Part shown: positions 40,245 through 50,506 of the stretch, piece after piece
Numbering within the stretch: the stretch's first letter is position 1
How the letters are laid out: each line of letters begins with the position of its first letter
Source: an uncultured Rhodobiaceae bacterium
GTDB taxonomy: Bacteria > Pseudomonadota > Alphaproteobacteria > Rhizobiales > TMED25
NCBI GenBank assembly: GCA_913030915.1
Contig: CAJWEW010000002.1
Span: forward strand, 5,906 to 69,905
Direction: 5' to 3'
Length of the DNA stretch: 64,000 bases
Notes under the pieces: generated by a model
Told to the model about the DNA's origin: nothing
Seen by the model: the letters and a program-made list of their open reading frames with translations, nothing else
The model's database searches: none
Made by a program: the position numbers and the translations under genes

Positions 40245-41219
40245 CTATTTAAAATGTTTAAAACTGTAATTACTCGTCTTAAATTCTTCGTGTTTCTCAT
40301 CATAAATCCTTGGGTGATTTGATAAGTTTCCAACCTTTCCAATTTTTGTAATTCTTAACTTTATTTTTTTTGCATACTCATTTAGCATATCCTCAAATTT
40401 CATTGGCGAGGTAAAGATTACCTCATAGTCATCCCCACCATAAAGAGCAATATCGCAGTCGCCATAGGAATTCAGAAATTTTTTAGTACTTACCGAGTAT
40501 GGAATTGACCTTTTTTTTATTGTGAATACTCTGCCCGAAGTGCCTGCCAAGACCAAAAGATCATTAATCAAGCCATCCGTTGTATCCATAGACGAGCTCG
40601 CAAAATTTTTTATCAGCTGAATTGTCTGGAGTCTTGGATTTGGCAAATGATATTTACGTATCAGGTTCTGCCTATCTTTCGAGTCCAGACCAAGATTGTC
40701 ATTTTTATTTTTTAATAAGTAAAGACCAATCGCGCTGTTACCAATTGTACCCGTCACATATATATTGTCTCCACAACTAGCGCTACTTCTTTTAATGATA
40801 GTATCATTAGTTCTGCTGAGCATATTAATAGTTATAAATAAACCATTTGGTGCTAGAACTGTATCTCCGCCAAGTAAAGTTAGATTATATTTCTTTTGAT
40901 CCTCGGCCAATCCTTTTGAAAATAATTTAATCCAATTCTCATCGATTGTATCGTCCATAGCAATAGATAGGAAATATCCATAGGGTCTTACGCCTTTAGA
41001 GATCAAGTCAGAGATATTGACCCTTAGTGATTTCTTTGCAATATATGCAGGGTCATCACTTTTAAAAAAGTGTGTACCCATGACTAAACTGTCTTGATTT
41101 GATACGATATATTTTTCATCTGCAACATCAATATTTGCAACATCATCTTTAAGTTGTAGCGAGTCTTTACCGTTTGCGAGAGGCATGAAATATTTTTTTA
41201 TAATAAACTTTTCATCCAT
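40245..41219 (-). CDS. thiL: Thiamine-monophosphate kinase
   Basis: DDVA, GTHF, NISDL, LLGGDT, SMDTTDGL, GGDDYE. ATG at 41219 overlaps the nusB stop. Confidence 0.93.
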   Translation of the reverse strand: MDEKFIIKKYFMPLANGKDSLQLKDDVANIDVADEKYIVSNQDSLVMGTHFFKSDDPAYIAKKSLRVNISDLISKGVRPYGYFLSIAMDDTIDENWIKLFSKGLAEDQKKYNLTLLGGDTVLAPNGLFITINMLSRTNDTIIKRSSASCGDNIYVTGTIGNSAIGLYLLKNKNDNLGLDSKDRQNLIRKYHLPNPRLQTIQLIKNFASSSMDTTDGLINDLLVLAGTSGRVFTIKKRSIPYSVSTKKFLNSYGDCDIALYGGDDYEVIFTSPMKFEDMLNEYAKKIKLRITKIGKVGNLSNHPRIYDEKHEEFKTSNYSFKHFK

Positions 41220-41661
41220 CAGACTCTCTCTCAACTACCGCAATTTTATCCAATATCGCATTTACAAATTCAGGCTCTTTCTGAAAATAAAATGAGTGGG
41301 TGATATCTATATATTCACTGATTATAACTTTTGTTGGAGTATTTAATTTATATGATATCTCGTAAACAGCGCCTCTTAGTATAGCTTTCAGGATCTTGTC
41401 TAACCGATTGAATTTCCAGTTAATACTTAGATTTTTTTTGATTATGCTATCTATATGCTTCTGGTTATCGACAACTCCATTTATTATCTCTGTGAGTAGT
41501 TTCTTGCTTATGTCACCGATGAGGTAATCAAAATTATTATCAAATATTAATCTATCTTCTAGTGAATTTATAATGTCTGTTATATCAGTTCCAGCCATCT
41601 CCATCTGATATAAAGCTTGAACAATTACCAATCGAGTTAAACTTTTTGATTTTTTAGACAT
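41212..41661 (-). CDS. nusB: Transcription antitermination factor NusB
   Basis: VQALYQ, RLDKILKAILR, ISEYIDI, FVNAILDKIA. Confidence 0.95.
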   Translation of the reverse strand: MSKKSKSLTRLVIVQALYQMEMAGTDITDIINSLEDRLIFDNNFDYLIGDISKKLLTEIINGVVDNQKHIDSIIKKNLSINWKFNRLDKILKAILRGAVYEISYKLNTPTKVIISEYIDITHSFYFQKEPEFVNAILDKIAVVERESDG

Positions 41662-42081
41662 TTATGCGCCGATATTCATGAGACCAATTAGTGCCTTGAG
41701 CGCATGCTGCCCCCTATTTTTTGACCTTGCGATTGCCTGATCGTAATTATCTACGGTAAGTATGGCATTTGTTATTGGAATACCATATTTGAATGAAAGC
41801 TCCATTATCCCTCGGGCAGAATTATCAGCAACAATATCATAATGACTCGTTTCTCCCCTTATTACACAGCCTACAGCAATTACACCGTCATAGCTCACTT
41901 TTTTCAGAATGAGATTTATTGCCTGAGGAATCTCCAATGCCCCCGCTACAACAATATAATCTGGATTCAAATTTAAATCTTTGAATTCATCTCTTAATGC
42001 AGAGTTAATTCCATTCAATAAATTAGTTGACACTTCGTCATAATAATATGCATCAATAATCAGTATTTTTTTTGTTGTCAT
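41662..42081 (-). CDS. ribH: 6,7-dimethyl-8-ribityllumazine synthase
   Basis: VAGALEIP, GCVIRGETSHYD, NAILT. Confidence 0.95.
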   Translation of the reverse strand: MTTKKILIIDAYYYDEVSTNLLNGINSALRDEFKDLNLNPDYIVVAGALEIPQAINLILKKVSYDGVIAVGCVIRGETSHYDIVADNSARGIMELSFKYGIPITNAILTVDNYDQAIARSKNRGQHALKALIGLMNIGA

Positions 42082-42695
42082 TTATGCCAAACTTCTTTTG
42101 TCTTACTCTTATCATTCAATACATATCTTGAGAGTATATCAACTTCGATATTTACTCCATCACCTTTGCGGTTATTTTTCCAAGTTGTATGATCTAATGT
42201 ATAGGGTATTAAGTTTACATCAAACTTATCACCATCAACATTATTAACTGTGAGTGATGTCCCATCCATAGCGACTGAACCTTTTGGCGCAATGAATCTG
42301 ATGAGGTCTGATTTAACTCTGAAAGTAAATCTTGAGGACTCGCCATCTGGTTCAATTTTTATAATTTCTGCAACTCCGTCAACATGACCTTGAACAATAT
42401 GTCCATCCATTTCGTCCCCTAAAGCAAGACTATTTTCAAGATTTATTTGATCCCCAACCTCATAGCTTGCCAGAGTTGTTTTGGATAGCGTCTCATTTGA
42501 GATGTATACATTAAACAGGTATCCACTCTCATAATTTTCATAACTGACTACAGTTAAGCATATGCCAGCACATGAGATTGACATACCCTCCTTGAGTGAT
42601 GCAATCTTCTCGGTATAAATCGTCATCTCGATTTCTTTTTTCCCTTTTTTGATACTTTTTATTATACCAACATCAATAACTATACCAGTAAACAT
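42078..42695 (-). CDS. ribE: Riboflavin synthase (alpha chain)
   Basis: Must begin with the conserved MFTGIV, so the start is the ATG at 42695 rather than 42755; GICLTV, GHIVQGHVD, KGSVAMDGTSLTV. Confidence 0.96.
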   Translation of the reverse strand: MFTGIVIDVGIIKSIKKGKKEIEMTIYTEKIASLKEGMSISCAGICLTVVSYENYESGYLFNVYISNETLSKTTLASYEVGDQINLENSLALGDEMDGHIVQGHVDGVAEIIKIEPDGESSRFTFRVKSDLIRFIAPKGSVAMDGTSLTVNNVDGDKFDVNLIPYTLDHTTWKNNRKGDGVNIEVDILSRYVLNDKSKTKEVWHK

Positions 42696-42702
42696 TCGGC
42701 CC

Positions 42703-43830
42703 CTATTTGATTTTCTTGTAATGAAACATAGTAGTGTCAAAAATGATCTTTTCATAGTTTTTTTGATACTTACTATTCTTATCTTCCAGTAGTTGATTTA
42801 TTTGTGGAACTTTTAAGCCGAATCCTTTCAGCCTCTCATGACTCTTAAATATTATTATATCGTCAGGTAGTGAGCTTTCTATAAGACTTCCAAAAAGTAT
42901 TACGCCAGGCTCAACCAGCAGATTATTAATACCGATTTTTGCAATATTTTCAAAAGTATTATGTAGGTCAAGTTGGCCTGATTTAAGATCTTTTTTTACA
43001 CTTAAAACTCTAATTCCATTCGCCTCCAAGCCTTCCAAAGTTGATTGTTTAGTTTCATCGCTAGTAATTATAGTCAGGTCATTATTCCGTCTCTCGATAA
43101 ATAAGTTTGAATCTGCTTTAATCTCACCATTTGATGAAAGCAAAAACTGATGCAGGCTCGTATTATAGCCATCCAAACGCACCGTAAGTTGTGGATTATC
43201 TTTTTTATATGTGCCATTTCCTATAAGGATTCCATCATGTCTTGCCCTCATTAGGTGCACATACTTATCAACAGACTCATTAGTGATTTTTATTCTTTTA
43301 TCATCTTTTCTACAAATGAAATTATCTTCTGTAACCGCTAGCTTAGCTGTGATCCGTGGCATATTGTGAGTAATTCTCTGAATAAAACCATAATTTTGTT
43401 CTTCGGCTTCGCCCTCACAACAACCAACAATCACCTCGATACCATTCTTTCTTAATTCCTGGATGCCCTTTCCTGCTACGAGAGGGTTTGGGTCTACCAT
43501 TGCGATAACAACACGCTTTAGATTATTTTTAATTATTGCCTGTGTACAAGGCTTACTTTTTCCAATATGGCAGCATGGCTCCAATGTAACATACATAGTT
43601 GCCCCATCTAAATTTTTATTCACGGAATTCATTGCCATTATTTCAGCGTGTGGCACTCCACCCTTATTTGTGTAACCTGTCCCGATAATTGCAGGTTTCT
43701 CTTTTTTGCTGTCAAAGTTAGAAACAATAACACAGCCAACTGCTGGGTTTGGCCAGGTTTCACCTTGTCCTATTTTTGCAATCTGCAGAGCATATCGCAT
43801 ATAACGTATATCTGTAGAATTATAATTCAT
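42703..43830 (-). CDS. ribD: Bifunctional diaminohydroxyphosphoribosylaminopyrimidine deaminase/reductase
   Basis: PNPAVG, HAE, TLEPCCHIGKSKPC, DNPQLTVR. Confidence 0.95.
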   Translation of the reverse strand: MNYNSTDIRYMRYALQIAKIGQGETWPNPAVGCVIVSNFDSKKEKPAIIGTGYTNKGGVPHAEIMAMNSVNKNLDGATMYVTLEPCCHIGKSKPCTQAIIKNNLKRVVIAMVDPNPLVAGKGIQELRKNGIEVIVGCCEGEAEEQNYGFIQRITHNMPRITAKLAVTEDNFICRKDDKRIKITNESVDKYVHLMRARHDGILIGNGTYKKDNPQLTVRLDGYNTSLHQFLLSSNGEIKADSNLFIERRNNDLTIITSDETKQSTLEGLEANGIRVLSVKKDLKSGQLDLHNTFENIAKIGINNLLVEPGVILFGSLIESSLPDDIIIFKSHERLKGFGLKVPQINQLLEDKNSKYQKNYEKIIFDTTMFHYKKIK

Positions 43831-43849
43831 GATTTTAGGCTACCCGAGC

Positions 43850-44308
43850 TTACTTATTGGCATCTGAGATTTCTTCTAGAAACTCTTCAAAGTCTTTCGC
43901 TTCACGAAAATCTTTATAAACAGACGCAAATCTGACATAGGATACATCATCAATTTGTCGGAGTCCTTCCATGATCAAGGTACCAATGAGTTCACTGCTA
44001 ATGATTGTATCACCACGATTTTCAAGTTGACGCACAATACCTGAAACCATTTGCTCTAATTTATCAATATCAACAGGCCTTTTCCTTGTTGCAACTTGAA
44101 CCGAACGCATCAGTTTATCTCTATCAAAAACAACTTTTTGACCAGTTCTCTTCAGAACATAGAGTTCACGCAGCTGAACTCGCTCGAAAGTGGTAAATCT
44201 CCCACCGCAACCGGGACAAACTCTTCGTCGTCTTATTGTTGAATTATCTTCTGAAGGCCTAGAGTCCCTTACCTGAGTTTCTTTATTTGAGCAATACGGA
44301 CATCTCAT
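43850..44308 (-). CDS. nrdR: Transcriptional repressor NrdR
   Basis: [30 protein letters not shown]. Confidence 0.97.
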   Translation of the reverse strand: MRCPYCSNKETQVRDSRPSEDNSTIRRRRVCPGCGGRFTTFERVQLRELYVLKRTGQKVVFDRDKLMRSVQVATRKRPVDIDKLEQMVSGIVRQLENRGDTIISSELIGTLIMEGLRQIDDVSYVRFASVYKDFREAKDFEEFLEEISDANK

Positions 44309-44320
44309 TTTAAAAAATTA

Positions 44321-45682
44321 CTATAATGATGGATAAATTGGAAACTCTTCACATAATTTCTCAACTTTTTTGAGAACTGCTTTTTCAGTCAAGCTGTTAT
44401 CTTCCTTATTTCTTGATAATCCTTCTAAAACATCGCCGATAAGATTGCCAACCATCTTGAATTCTTCTTCTTTAAATCCACGTGATGTAGCAGCTGGAGT
44501 TCCAAGGCGAATACCAGACGTAATGAACGGCGACTCAGGGTCGAATGGAATACCATTTTTATTACATGTAATCCCAGCGTTCTCAAGTGATTTCTCGGCA
44601 ATCTTACCGGTTAGCTCTTTTGGCCTCAAATCAACCAAAGATAAATGCGTTTCAGTACCACCAGATACGATATCAAAACCTCTAGATCTAACTGACTCTG
44701 CCAAAGCTATTGAGTTATTGACAACCTGCTTAGCATATTCTTTAAATTCGTTTGTTAAAGCTTCTCGAAATGCAACTGCCTTCGCAGCAATAATGTGGCA
44801 CATTGGACCGCCTTGAAGACCGGGAAATATAGCTGAATTGAGTTTTTTTCCAATTTCCTCATCGTTTGCAAGTATCAAACCACCCCTTGGACCTCTAAGG
44901 ACCTTGTGAGTTGTGCTCGTGACAATGTCAGCATATGGAAAAGGGCTTGGATATGCAAGACCAGCAACTAAACCTGAAAAATGGGCCATATCTACAAGAA
45001 GGTAGGCGCCAATCTCGTCACATATCTCCCTAAATTTACTGAAATCAATGATTCTTGGATACGCTGAGCCCCCTGCAATTATTAATTTTGGTTTTTTTTC
45101 ATGCGCAAGTTTCCTAATTTCATCAAAATCAATGAGTGCATCATCTTTTCTTACGCCATAATGGATAGCTTCAAACCATTTACCTGATAAATTTGGTGTA
45201 GCACCATGTGTAAGATGGCCGCCTGCAGCAAGTGACATTCCCATAAAAGTATCACCCGGCTTTAATAAAGCCAGCATCACAGCTTGATTGGCTTGCGATC
45301 CTGAGTGAGGTTGAACATTCGCATAGGAGCATTTGAACAGCTCTTTTGCCCTATCTATTGCCAGCTGCTCTGTTTCATCGACAAACATGCATCCACCATA
45401 ATATCTTTTTTGAGGGTATCCCTCGGCGTATTTATTAGTCAGGATTGAACCTTGGGCCTCCAACACAGCTCTTGAAACAATATTCTCTGATGCTATTAAC
45501 TCAATACCATATTTTTGTCTCTTTATTTCTCTGCTGATCGACTCGGATACTTCTGGGTCAACATCTGAAATTGATGCATCGAAAAAATCTTTTCGAATTT
45601 TTTCTCCCCCCTCTTTACCAATCACTTCAGAAGCTTCAGAATCATTATCTGCTATTGTTGTATTTAAAAAATCGTTTCTCAT
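44321..45682 (-). CDS. glyA: Serine hydroxymethyltransferase
   Basis: [35 protein letters not shown]; GGAG SD before the ATG at 45682. Confidence 0.97.
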   Translation of the reverse strand: MRNDFLNTTIADNDSEASEVIGKEGGEKIRKDFFDASISDVDPEVSESISREIKRQKYGIELIASENIVSRAVLEAQGSILTNKYAEGYPQKRYYGGCMFVDETEQLAIDRAKELFKCSYANVQPHSGSQANQAVMLALLKPGDTFMGMSLAAGGHLTHGATPNLSGKWFEAIHYGVRKDDALIDFDEIRKLAHEKKPKLIIAGGSAYPRIIDFSKFREICDEIGAYLLVDMAHFSGLVAGLAYPSPFPYADIVTSTTHKVLRGPRGGLILANDEEIGKKLNSAIFPGLQGGPMCHIIAAKAVAFREALTNEFKEYAKQVVNNSIALAESVRSRGFDIVSGGTETHLSLVDLRPKELTGKIAEKSLENAGITCNKNGIPFDPESPFITSGIRLGTPAATSRGFKEEEFKMVGNLIGDVLEGLSRNKEDNSLTEKAVLKKVEKLCEEFPIYPSL

Positions 45683-45709
45683 TTTTTCTCCATTTGTAAT
45701 ATTTATTTT

Positions 45710-46942
45710 TTACGCCGCACGAGCAATATTCATGTCTTTCCATATAACATCAAGCGATTCAACTAAATGATCAATATCTGCAAGAGTATGAAGAGGGCTA
45801 ACGGTTATTCGAAGCCTTTCGGTACCCTTCGGAACTGTTGGATAGTTGATTGGCTGCACATATATACTAAAGTCATTTAACAACTGATCTGTTACTTTCT
45901 TTGTCAAAACTGGGTCACCAACAATAATTGGGATTATATGACTGTCATTATCGATTACCGGTAATTGTCTTTGTGTAAGCTTATCCTTTATAACTGATAC
46001 ACTTTGATGCATTTTATCTCTCTCAAGCGAAGAATTTTTGAGGTGGTTTATACTTGTTCTTGCCCCAGCGGCTATTGAGGGTGGAAATGATGTTGTGAAG
46101 ATAAAACCCGGCGCAAATGATCTTATTGCATCGATCATTACTTTGTCGCCTGCAATGTAACCACCCATTAATCCATATGCCTTTGCAAGAGTTCCTTCAA
46201 TTATATCAATTCTGTTCATCTGCTTTGCTTGCTCCGCAAGACCAGCTCCATTCTCACCATACATACCAACTGCATGTACTTCATCTATATATGTTAAGGC
46301 ATTATATTTTTCAGCAAGATCACAAATTTCTTTAATCTTTGCAGTGTAGCCATCCATCGAATATACTGATTCGAAAGCAATTATTTTATTTTTTTCAGTT
46401 CCAAGTAGCCTCAGTTTACCTTCTAAATCTGCCATATCATTATGTTTGAAAATCATCTTTGACGCACCCCCGTGACGAATGCCTTCTATCATGGAAGCAT
46501 GATTATTTTCATCCGACAACATAACTAAATCTGGGATTACTTTTGAGAGGGTTGATAACGTCGCGTCATTAGCAACGTATCCAGATGTAAATAAAAGCGC
46601 TGCCTGCTTTTTATGTAGAGATGCAATCTCCCGCTCTAATAATACATGCTGACTTGTTGTACCTGATATATTACGTGTCCCACCTGAGCCAGCACCAGCG
46701 GTATCTAGAGTAGTTTTTATAGAGCTTATAATATCTTTATGTTGCCCCATGCCAAGGTAATCGTTTGAGCACCAGACAGTAATTTGCTGCTCCGAACCAT
46801 CATCATTATAGAGGGTTGCTTTTGGATAATTACCGCATGACCTCGTAATATTAGCGAATGTTCTGTAACGACCTTCATCGATAATGCTATTTATGGAGTC
46901 TTCTAAGTATTGATTATATTTGTGTTTCATGCGCTTTGCCAT
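45710..46942 (-). CDS. hemA: 5-aminolevulinate synthase (Shemin pathway)
   Basis: [55 protein letters not shown]. Confidence 0.97.
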   Translation of the reverse strand: MAKRMKHKYNQYLEDSINSIIDEGRYRTFANITRSCGNYPKATLYNDDGSEQQITVWCSNDYLGMGQHKDIISSIKTTLDTAGAGSGGTRNISGTTSQHVLLEREIASLHKKQAALLFTSGYVANDATLSTLSKVIPDLVMLSDENNHASMIEGIRHGGASKMIFKHNDMADLEGKLRLLGTEKNKIIAFESVYSMDGYTAKIKEICDLAEKYNALTYIDEVHAVGMYGENGAGLAEQAKQMNRIDIIEGTLAKAYGLMGGYIAGDKVMIDAIRSFAPGFIFTTSFPPSIAAGARTSINHLKNSSLERDKMHQSVSVIKDKLTQRQLPVIDNDSHIIPIIVGDPVLTKKVTDQLLNDFSIYVQPINYPTVPKGTERLRITVSPLHTLADIDHLVESLDVIWKDMNIARAA

Positions 46943-47060
46943 AGATAATACATAATATTTTATCGAATAAATTACAAATATTTTATAGGGTTGTTATTTT
47001 TAAATTTATCAGATTCTCTTCGCTGTTTATAGGCCAAATTGGAAATATTATTAATTACAA

Positions 47061-48350
47061 TTAATTCATTTTTTTTATAGGATCCTTTCCATATATATCC
47101 TCTCTAAAATGTACCAGCCCATTGTCGTTCCATGCAGTCAAATAACCTATCTTAATTGGTATTTCTGTGTCCATCCTTACCGTCGTTGTCTGTGCAATGC
47201 TTAAGATATTTTCTAATTTATTGCTTGTCCAACCCTTGTTTGGGGATAATAACCATTGAATAAGATCATCTATGTTTTGCACTCTCACACAACCTGAGCT
47301 AAAGAATCTTTGACCGTCGCTAAATAATGATTTATTTGGGGTGTCGTGCAAAAAAACTGCATGCTTGTTCGCAAAGTTAATCTTTGCAACTCCCAATGAA
47401 TTTGAATAGCCAGGGTTTTGCCGAAACTTAAAAAGTGTCGGCTCCTCTGAATACCAATCAATATAATCGGGATTGATTGTATCCTCATAATAGTAGTCTT
47501 GATAAATTAAAATATTATTTTTTTTCAAATATTCACTATCAACTTGCATCGACTTGGCTATGTCCTTCTTAACAATGCTCTCGGGTATATGCCAAAATGG
47601 AAAAAAATTTATTTCATATATATTACTTGATATAATTGGCGTCTGCCTCTCATCTCTGCCTACAACTACTTTTGTTTGAAACTCAATTTTATTTTCATTT
47701 ACGGCGAGCAGATAATTACCTGGTATGTTTACGAAAATATGCTTAGATCCCAAACCAGACATATAATTCAATAGCCTAGTTTTGTTGGCGCCTAAAATTT
47801 TCAATTTATCTTCAACTGGAACATTTAGTGCATCTTTGGTTATTTCATCTAATATCCCAGTAGGGGTAATGCCATGCCTAAATTGAAATTTTTTTAGACC
47901 CTCCTCAACAAAAATATCAAAAATATCGGCTATGCCTCTATCTTCAACTATATCATTCGTCATCTTTAATCTGTTTCGTAATATAATGATGTCTGGTGAC
48001 ACATCACCGATACTTAATTCTCCATCAATTTTAATTTCCTGCCAACCACCTGATTTGAGTATTTTTTGGTATCTCTCTATTATATCATTGAATTCGAGAT
48101 AAGATTCATACGTTAGTATGGTTTCATCAGAGGTTACGGGTAATATGAATTGGTCTCCAATATGAGCATTGCTACTCGGTGAAGGATCAAAAATTAGATC
48201 TTCAACATAAAAAAGATCACTTCTGTCTAAATTATCAATTTGATCATAAATATTTGCATAAAGATTGGTAGAATTTAAATAAAGGCAGGCTGACAAAAAA
48301 TAAAAAAAACTTCTAATTAATTGCCTTGGTTGATTTTGTGGTTTTCTCAT
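47061..48350 (-). CDS. L,D-transpeptidase (YcbB/LdtD type) with peptidoglycan-binding domain
   Basis: Signal peptide, LRNRL..FQFRHG PG-binding domain, VVVGR, catalytic LHDTP...SSGCVRV. Confidence 0.92.
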   Translation of the reverse strand: MRKPQNQPRQLIRSFFYFLSACLYLNSTNLYANIYDQIDNLDRSDLFYVEDLIFDPSPSSNAHIGDQFILPVTSDETILTYESYLEFNDIIERYQKILKSGGWQEIKIDGELSIGDVSPDIIILRNRLKMTNDIVEDRGIADIFDIFVEEGLKKFQFRHGITPTGILDEITKDALNVPVEDKLKILGANKTRLLNYMSGLGSKHIFVNIPGNYLLAVNENKIEFQTKVVVGRDERQTPIISSNIYEINFFPFWHIPESIVKKDIAKSMQVDSEYLKKNNILIYQDYYYEDTINPDYIDWYSEEPTLFKFRQNPGYSNSLGVAKINFANKHAVFLHDTPNKSLFSDGQRFFSSGCVRVQNIDDLIQWLLSPNKGWTSNKLENILSIAQTTTVRMDTEIPIKIGYLTAWNDNGLVHFREDIYGKDPIKKMN

Positions 48351-48439
48351 TATTTAAATTTTACTATATTTTGAAATGCTTATATTTTATATTGTTTTAT
48401 AATATATATGATTCATAAACATCACGTTAAATTCTTAAA

Positions 48440-49441
48440 ATGATTAAAAATAGTATGCAAGGTTATCCATTAAATAGAATGAGGAGAAATAGACAATCAG
48501 ACTGGTCAAGAAGATTAGTTTGTGAGAATAATTTAACAACCAGCGATCTCATTCTACCAGTATTTGTGATGGAAGGTAATAATAAGATTGAGCCAATAAA
48601 TTCGCTTCCTGGGGTCAATAGATACACTATCGACCGCATAATTGAGGTCGCAAAAGAGTCCGAGGATATCGGTTTACCTCTAATTGCTATTTTTCCAGTT
48701 ATAGATAGTAACCTAAAAACAGATCACGCTGAGGAGTCATACAAAGCAGATAACCTTGTTTGCAGGGCAGTATCAGAAATAAAAAATAAAGTATCAAATA
48801 TAGGAGTAATGACAGATGTGGCATTAGATCCATATACTTCGCATGGCCATGATGGTGTAATAAAAAATAACGTGGTAGCGAATGATGAAACAATAGAAAT
48901 CTTAATAAAACAAGCGATTAATCAATGTGAGTCTGGTACAGACATTATTGCACCATCAGATATGATGGACGGCAGAGTTTTAAAAATCAGAGAAGCCTTG
49001 GAGAGTCATAATTATCAGAATAAAATAATTATGTCTTATGCGGCAAAATACGCATCAAATTACTATGGACCATTCAGAGATGCAATTAAATCTAATAAGA
49101 ATTTGACTGGTGATAAAAAGACGTATCAAATGGATATTGCAAATAGTAATGAGGCGTTCAGGGAAGCAGAACTCGATATAAGTGAAGGCGCTGATATGGT
49201 TATGGTTAAGCCAGGCTTACCATATCTGGATGTCATCTACAAAATAAAAGAGCACTTAAAAGTTCCAACTTTTGCATATCAGGTATCCGGTGAATATGCA
49301 TCTCTCATGGCAGCCTCAATGAATGGCTGGATAGAATATGATAATATAATAATGGAAACCTTATTGTGCTTTAAAAGGGCTGGCGCTGATGGTATATTGA
49401 CATATGCAGCGCTCGATGTTGCAAAGAAAATTTCAGGATGA
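48440..49441 (+). CDS. hemB: Porphobilinogen synthase
   Basis: DVALDPYTSHGHDG, APSDMMDGR, MSYAAKYAS, MVKPG, YQVSGEY; Asp-rich (Mg/K-type, not Zn-Cys) metal site. Confidence 0.97.
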   Translation: MIKNSMQGYPLNRMRRNRQSDWSRRLVCENNLTTSDLILPVFVMEGNNKIEPINSLPGVNRYTIDRIIEVAKESEDIGLPLIAIFPVIDSNLKTDHAEESYKADNLVCRAVSEIKNKVSNIGVMTDVALDPYTSHGHDGVIKNNVVANDETIEILIKQAINQCESGTDIIAPSDMMDGRVLKIREALESHNYQNKIIMSYAAKYASNYYGPFRDAIKSNKNLTGDKKTYQMDIANSNEAFREAELDISEGADMVMVKPGLPYLDVIYKIKEHLKVPTFAYQVSGEYASLMAASMNGWIEYDNIIMETLLCFKRAGADGILTYAALDVAKKISG

Positions 49442-49445
49442 CCAA

Positions 49446-50492
49446 ATGAACTTGAGTAACCTTACAAGTAATTATGTTGAAGTTTTGATGCTCGGTGGAT
49501 TTTCTTTGATCTTGTCAATTATTCTTTATTTATTCTTCATCTGGACAAAAAATAGAACAATTAATTACATAAAAGATAAAAATAATTTTTTGGCTGTCTT
49601 AAACATAACACTGGACAGGCTGCACAATATTGCAGTTTTATTGATTTTATTCTTATTTATTACAAAAACTTTATTTCAAAACTATTCATTTGCAAGCGCA
49701 GTTAACACACTTCTATACATAATATTTTTCATACAATTTGCATATATTGTAGATGGCATCTTGGTTCATTTAATCGCAAAAAGTAATAAATTAAAGACAT
49801 CATCAAAGAAAAGCGCCGTAAAAAATGCAGTTTCACTCATTAAATTCTTTACGAGATCAGCGATTTGGTCAATTGCTCTATTATTATGCATTGAAAATAT
49901 TGGTATTGACATAACTGCACTAGTTGCAGGATTAGGTATTGGTGGCATAGCAATAGCACTGGCTGCTCAAAATATACTCGGTGATTTATTTGCATCCCTT
50001 GCTATAGTATTAGATAAACCCTTTGAGATAGATGATTACATAGTAGTGGGTGAAATGTCAGGTACCGTAGAACAGATTGGGATAAAAACTACCAGAATAA
50101 GGGCGCTGTCTGGTGAAGAGCTGGTTTGTTCAAATGCTGACTTGCTGGCAAGTAGAGTCCGAAATTACAGAAGAATGAAAGAGAGAAGAGCGCTAATCAA
50201 TATAGGTGTGGTTTATCAAACACCATATAAATCACTTACAAAAATTCCAAATTTTATTGAAGAAATAATAAAGAAAACGGAGAATGCACGCTTTGAGCGA
50301 GCAAACTTCAAAAGCCTTGGGGACTCGTCACTTCTATTTGAAGTTGTTTTTTATGTATCCGTCCCTGGTAATGACTACATAGAATATATGAACATCATAC
50401 AAAATATTAATTATGCAATTTTCAAAAAATTTGAAGATGAAAAAATTGATTTTGCATACCCAACTCAGACTTTACACATCGCTAAAGAGTAA
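49446..50492 (+). CDS. Small-conductance mechanosensitive channel (MscS family)
   Basis: GIGGIAIALAAQNILGDLFAS, DKPFEIDDYI, GTVEQIGIKTT, FAYPTQT. ATG at 49446, 4 nt after the hemB stop. Confidence 0.92.
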   Translation: MNLSNLTSNYVEVLMLGGFSLILSIILYLFFIWTKNRTINYIKDKNNFLAVLNITLDRLHNIAVLLILFLFITKTLFQNYSFASAVNTLLYIIFFIQFAYIVDGILVHLIAKSNKLKTSSKKSAVKNAVSLIKFFTRSAIWSIALLLCIENIGIDITALVAGLGIGGIAIALAAQNILGDLFASLAIVLDKPFEIDDYIVVGEMSGTVEQIGIKTTRIRALSGEELVCSNADLLASRVRNYRRMKERRALINIGVVYQTPYKSLTKIPNFIEEIIKKTENARFERANFKSLGDSSLLFEVVFYVSVPGNDYIEYMNIIQNINYAIFKKFEDEKIDFAYPTQTLHIAKE

Positions 50493-50506
50493 TTTGAAGT
50501 TATATT

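Noticed and set aside
40231-40251. TAAATAGC-N5-GCTATTTA hairpin over the thiL stop
   Set aside because: Almost all A-T pairs and no clear U-tract, so too weak to call a terminator.
46943-47060. FNR/FixK or Irr boxes upstream of hemA (and of hemB at 48351-48439)
   Set aside because: No TTGAT-N4-ATCAA or convincing TTTAGAA-N3-TTCTAAA match.
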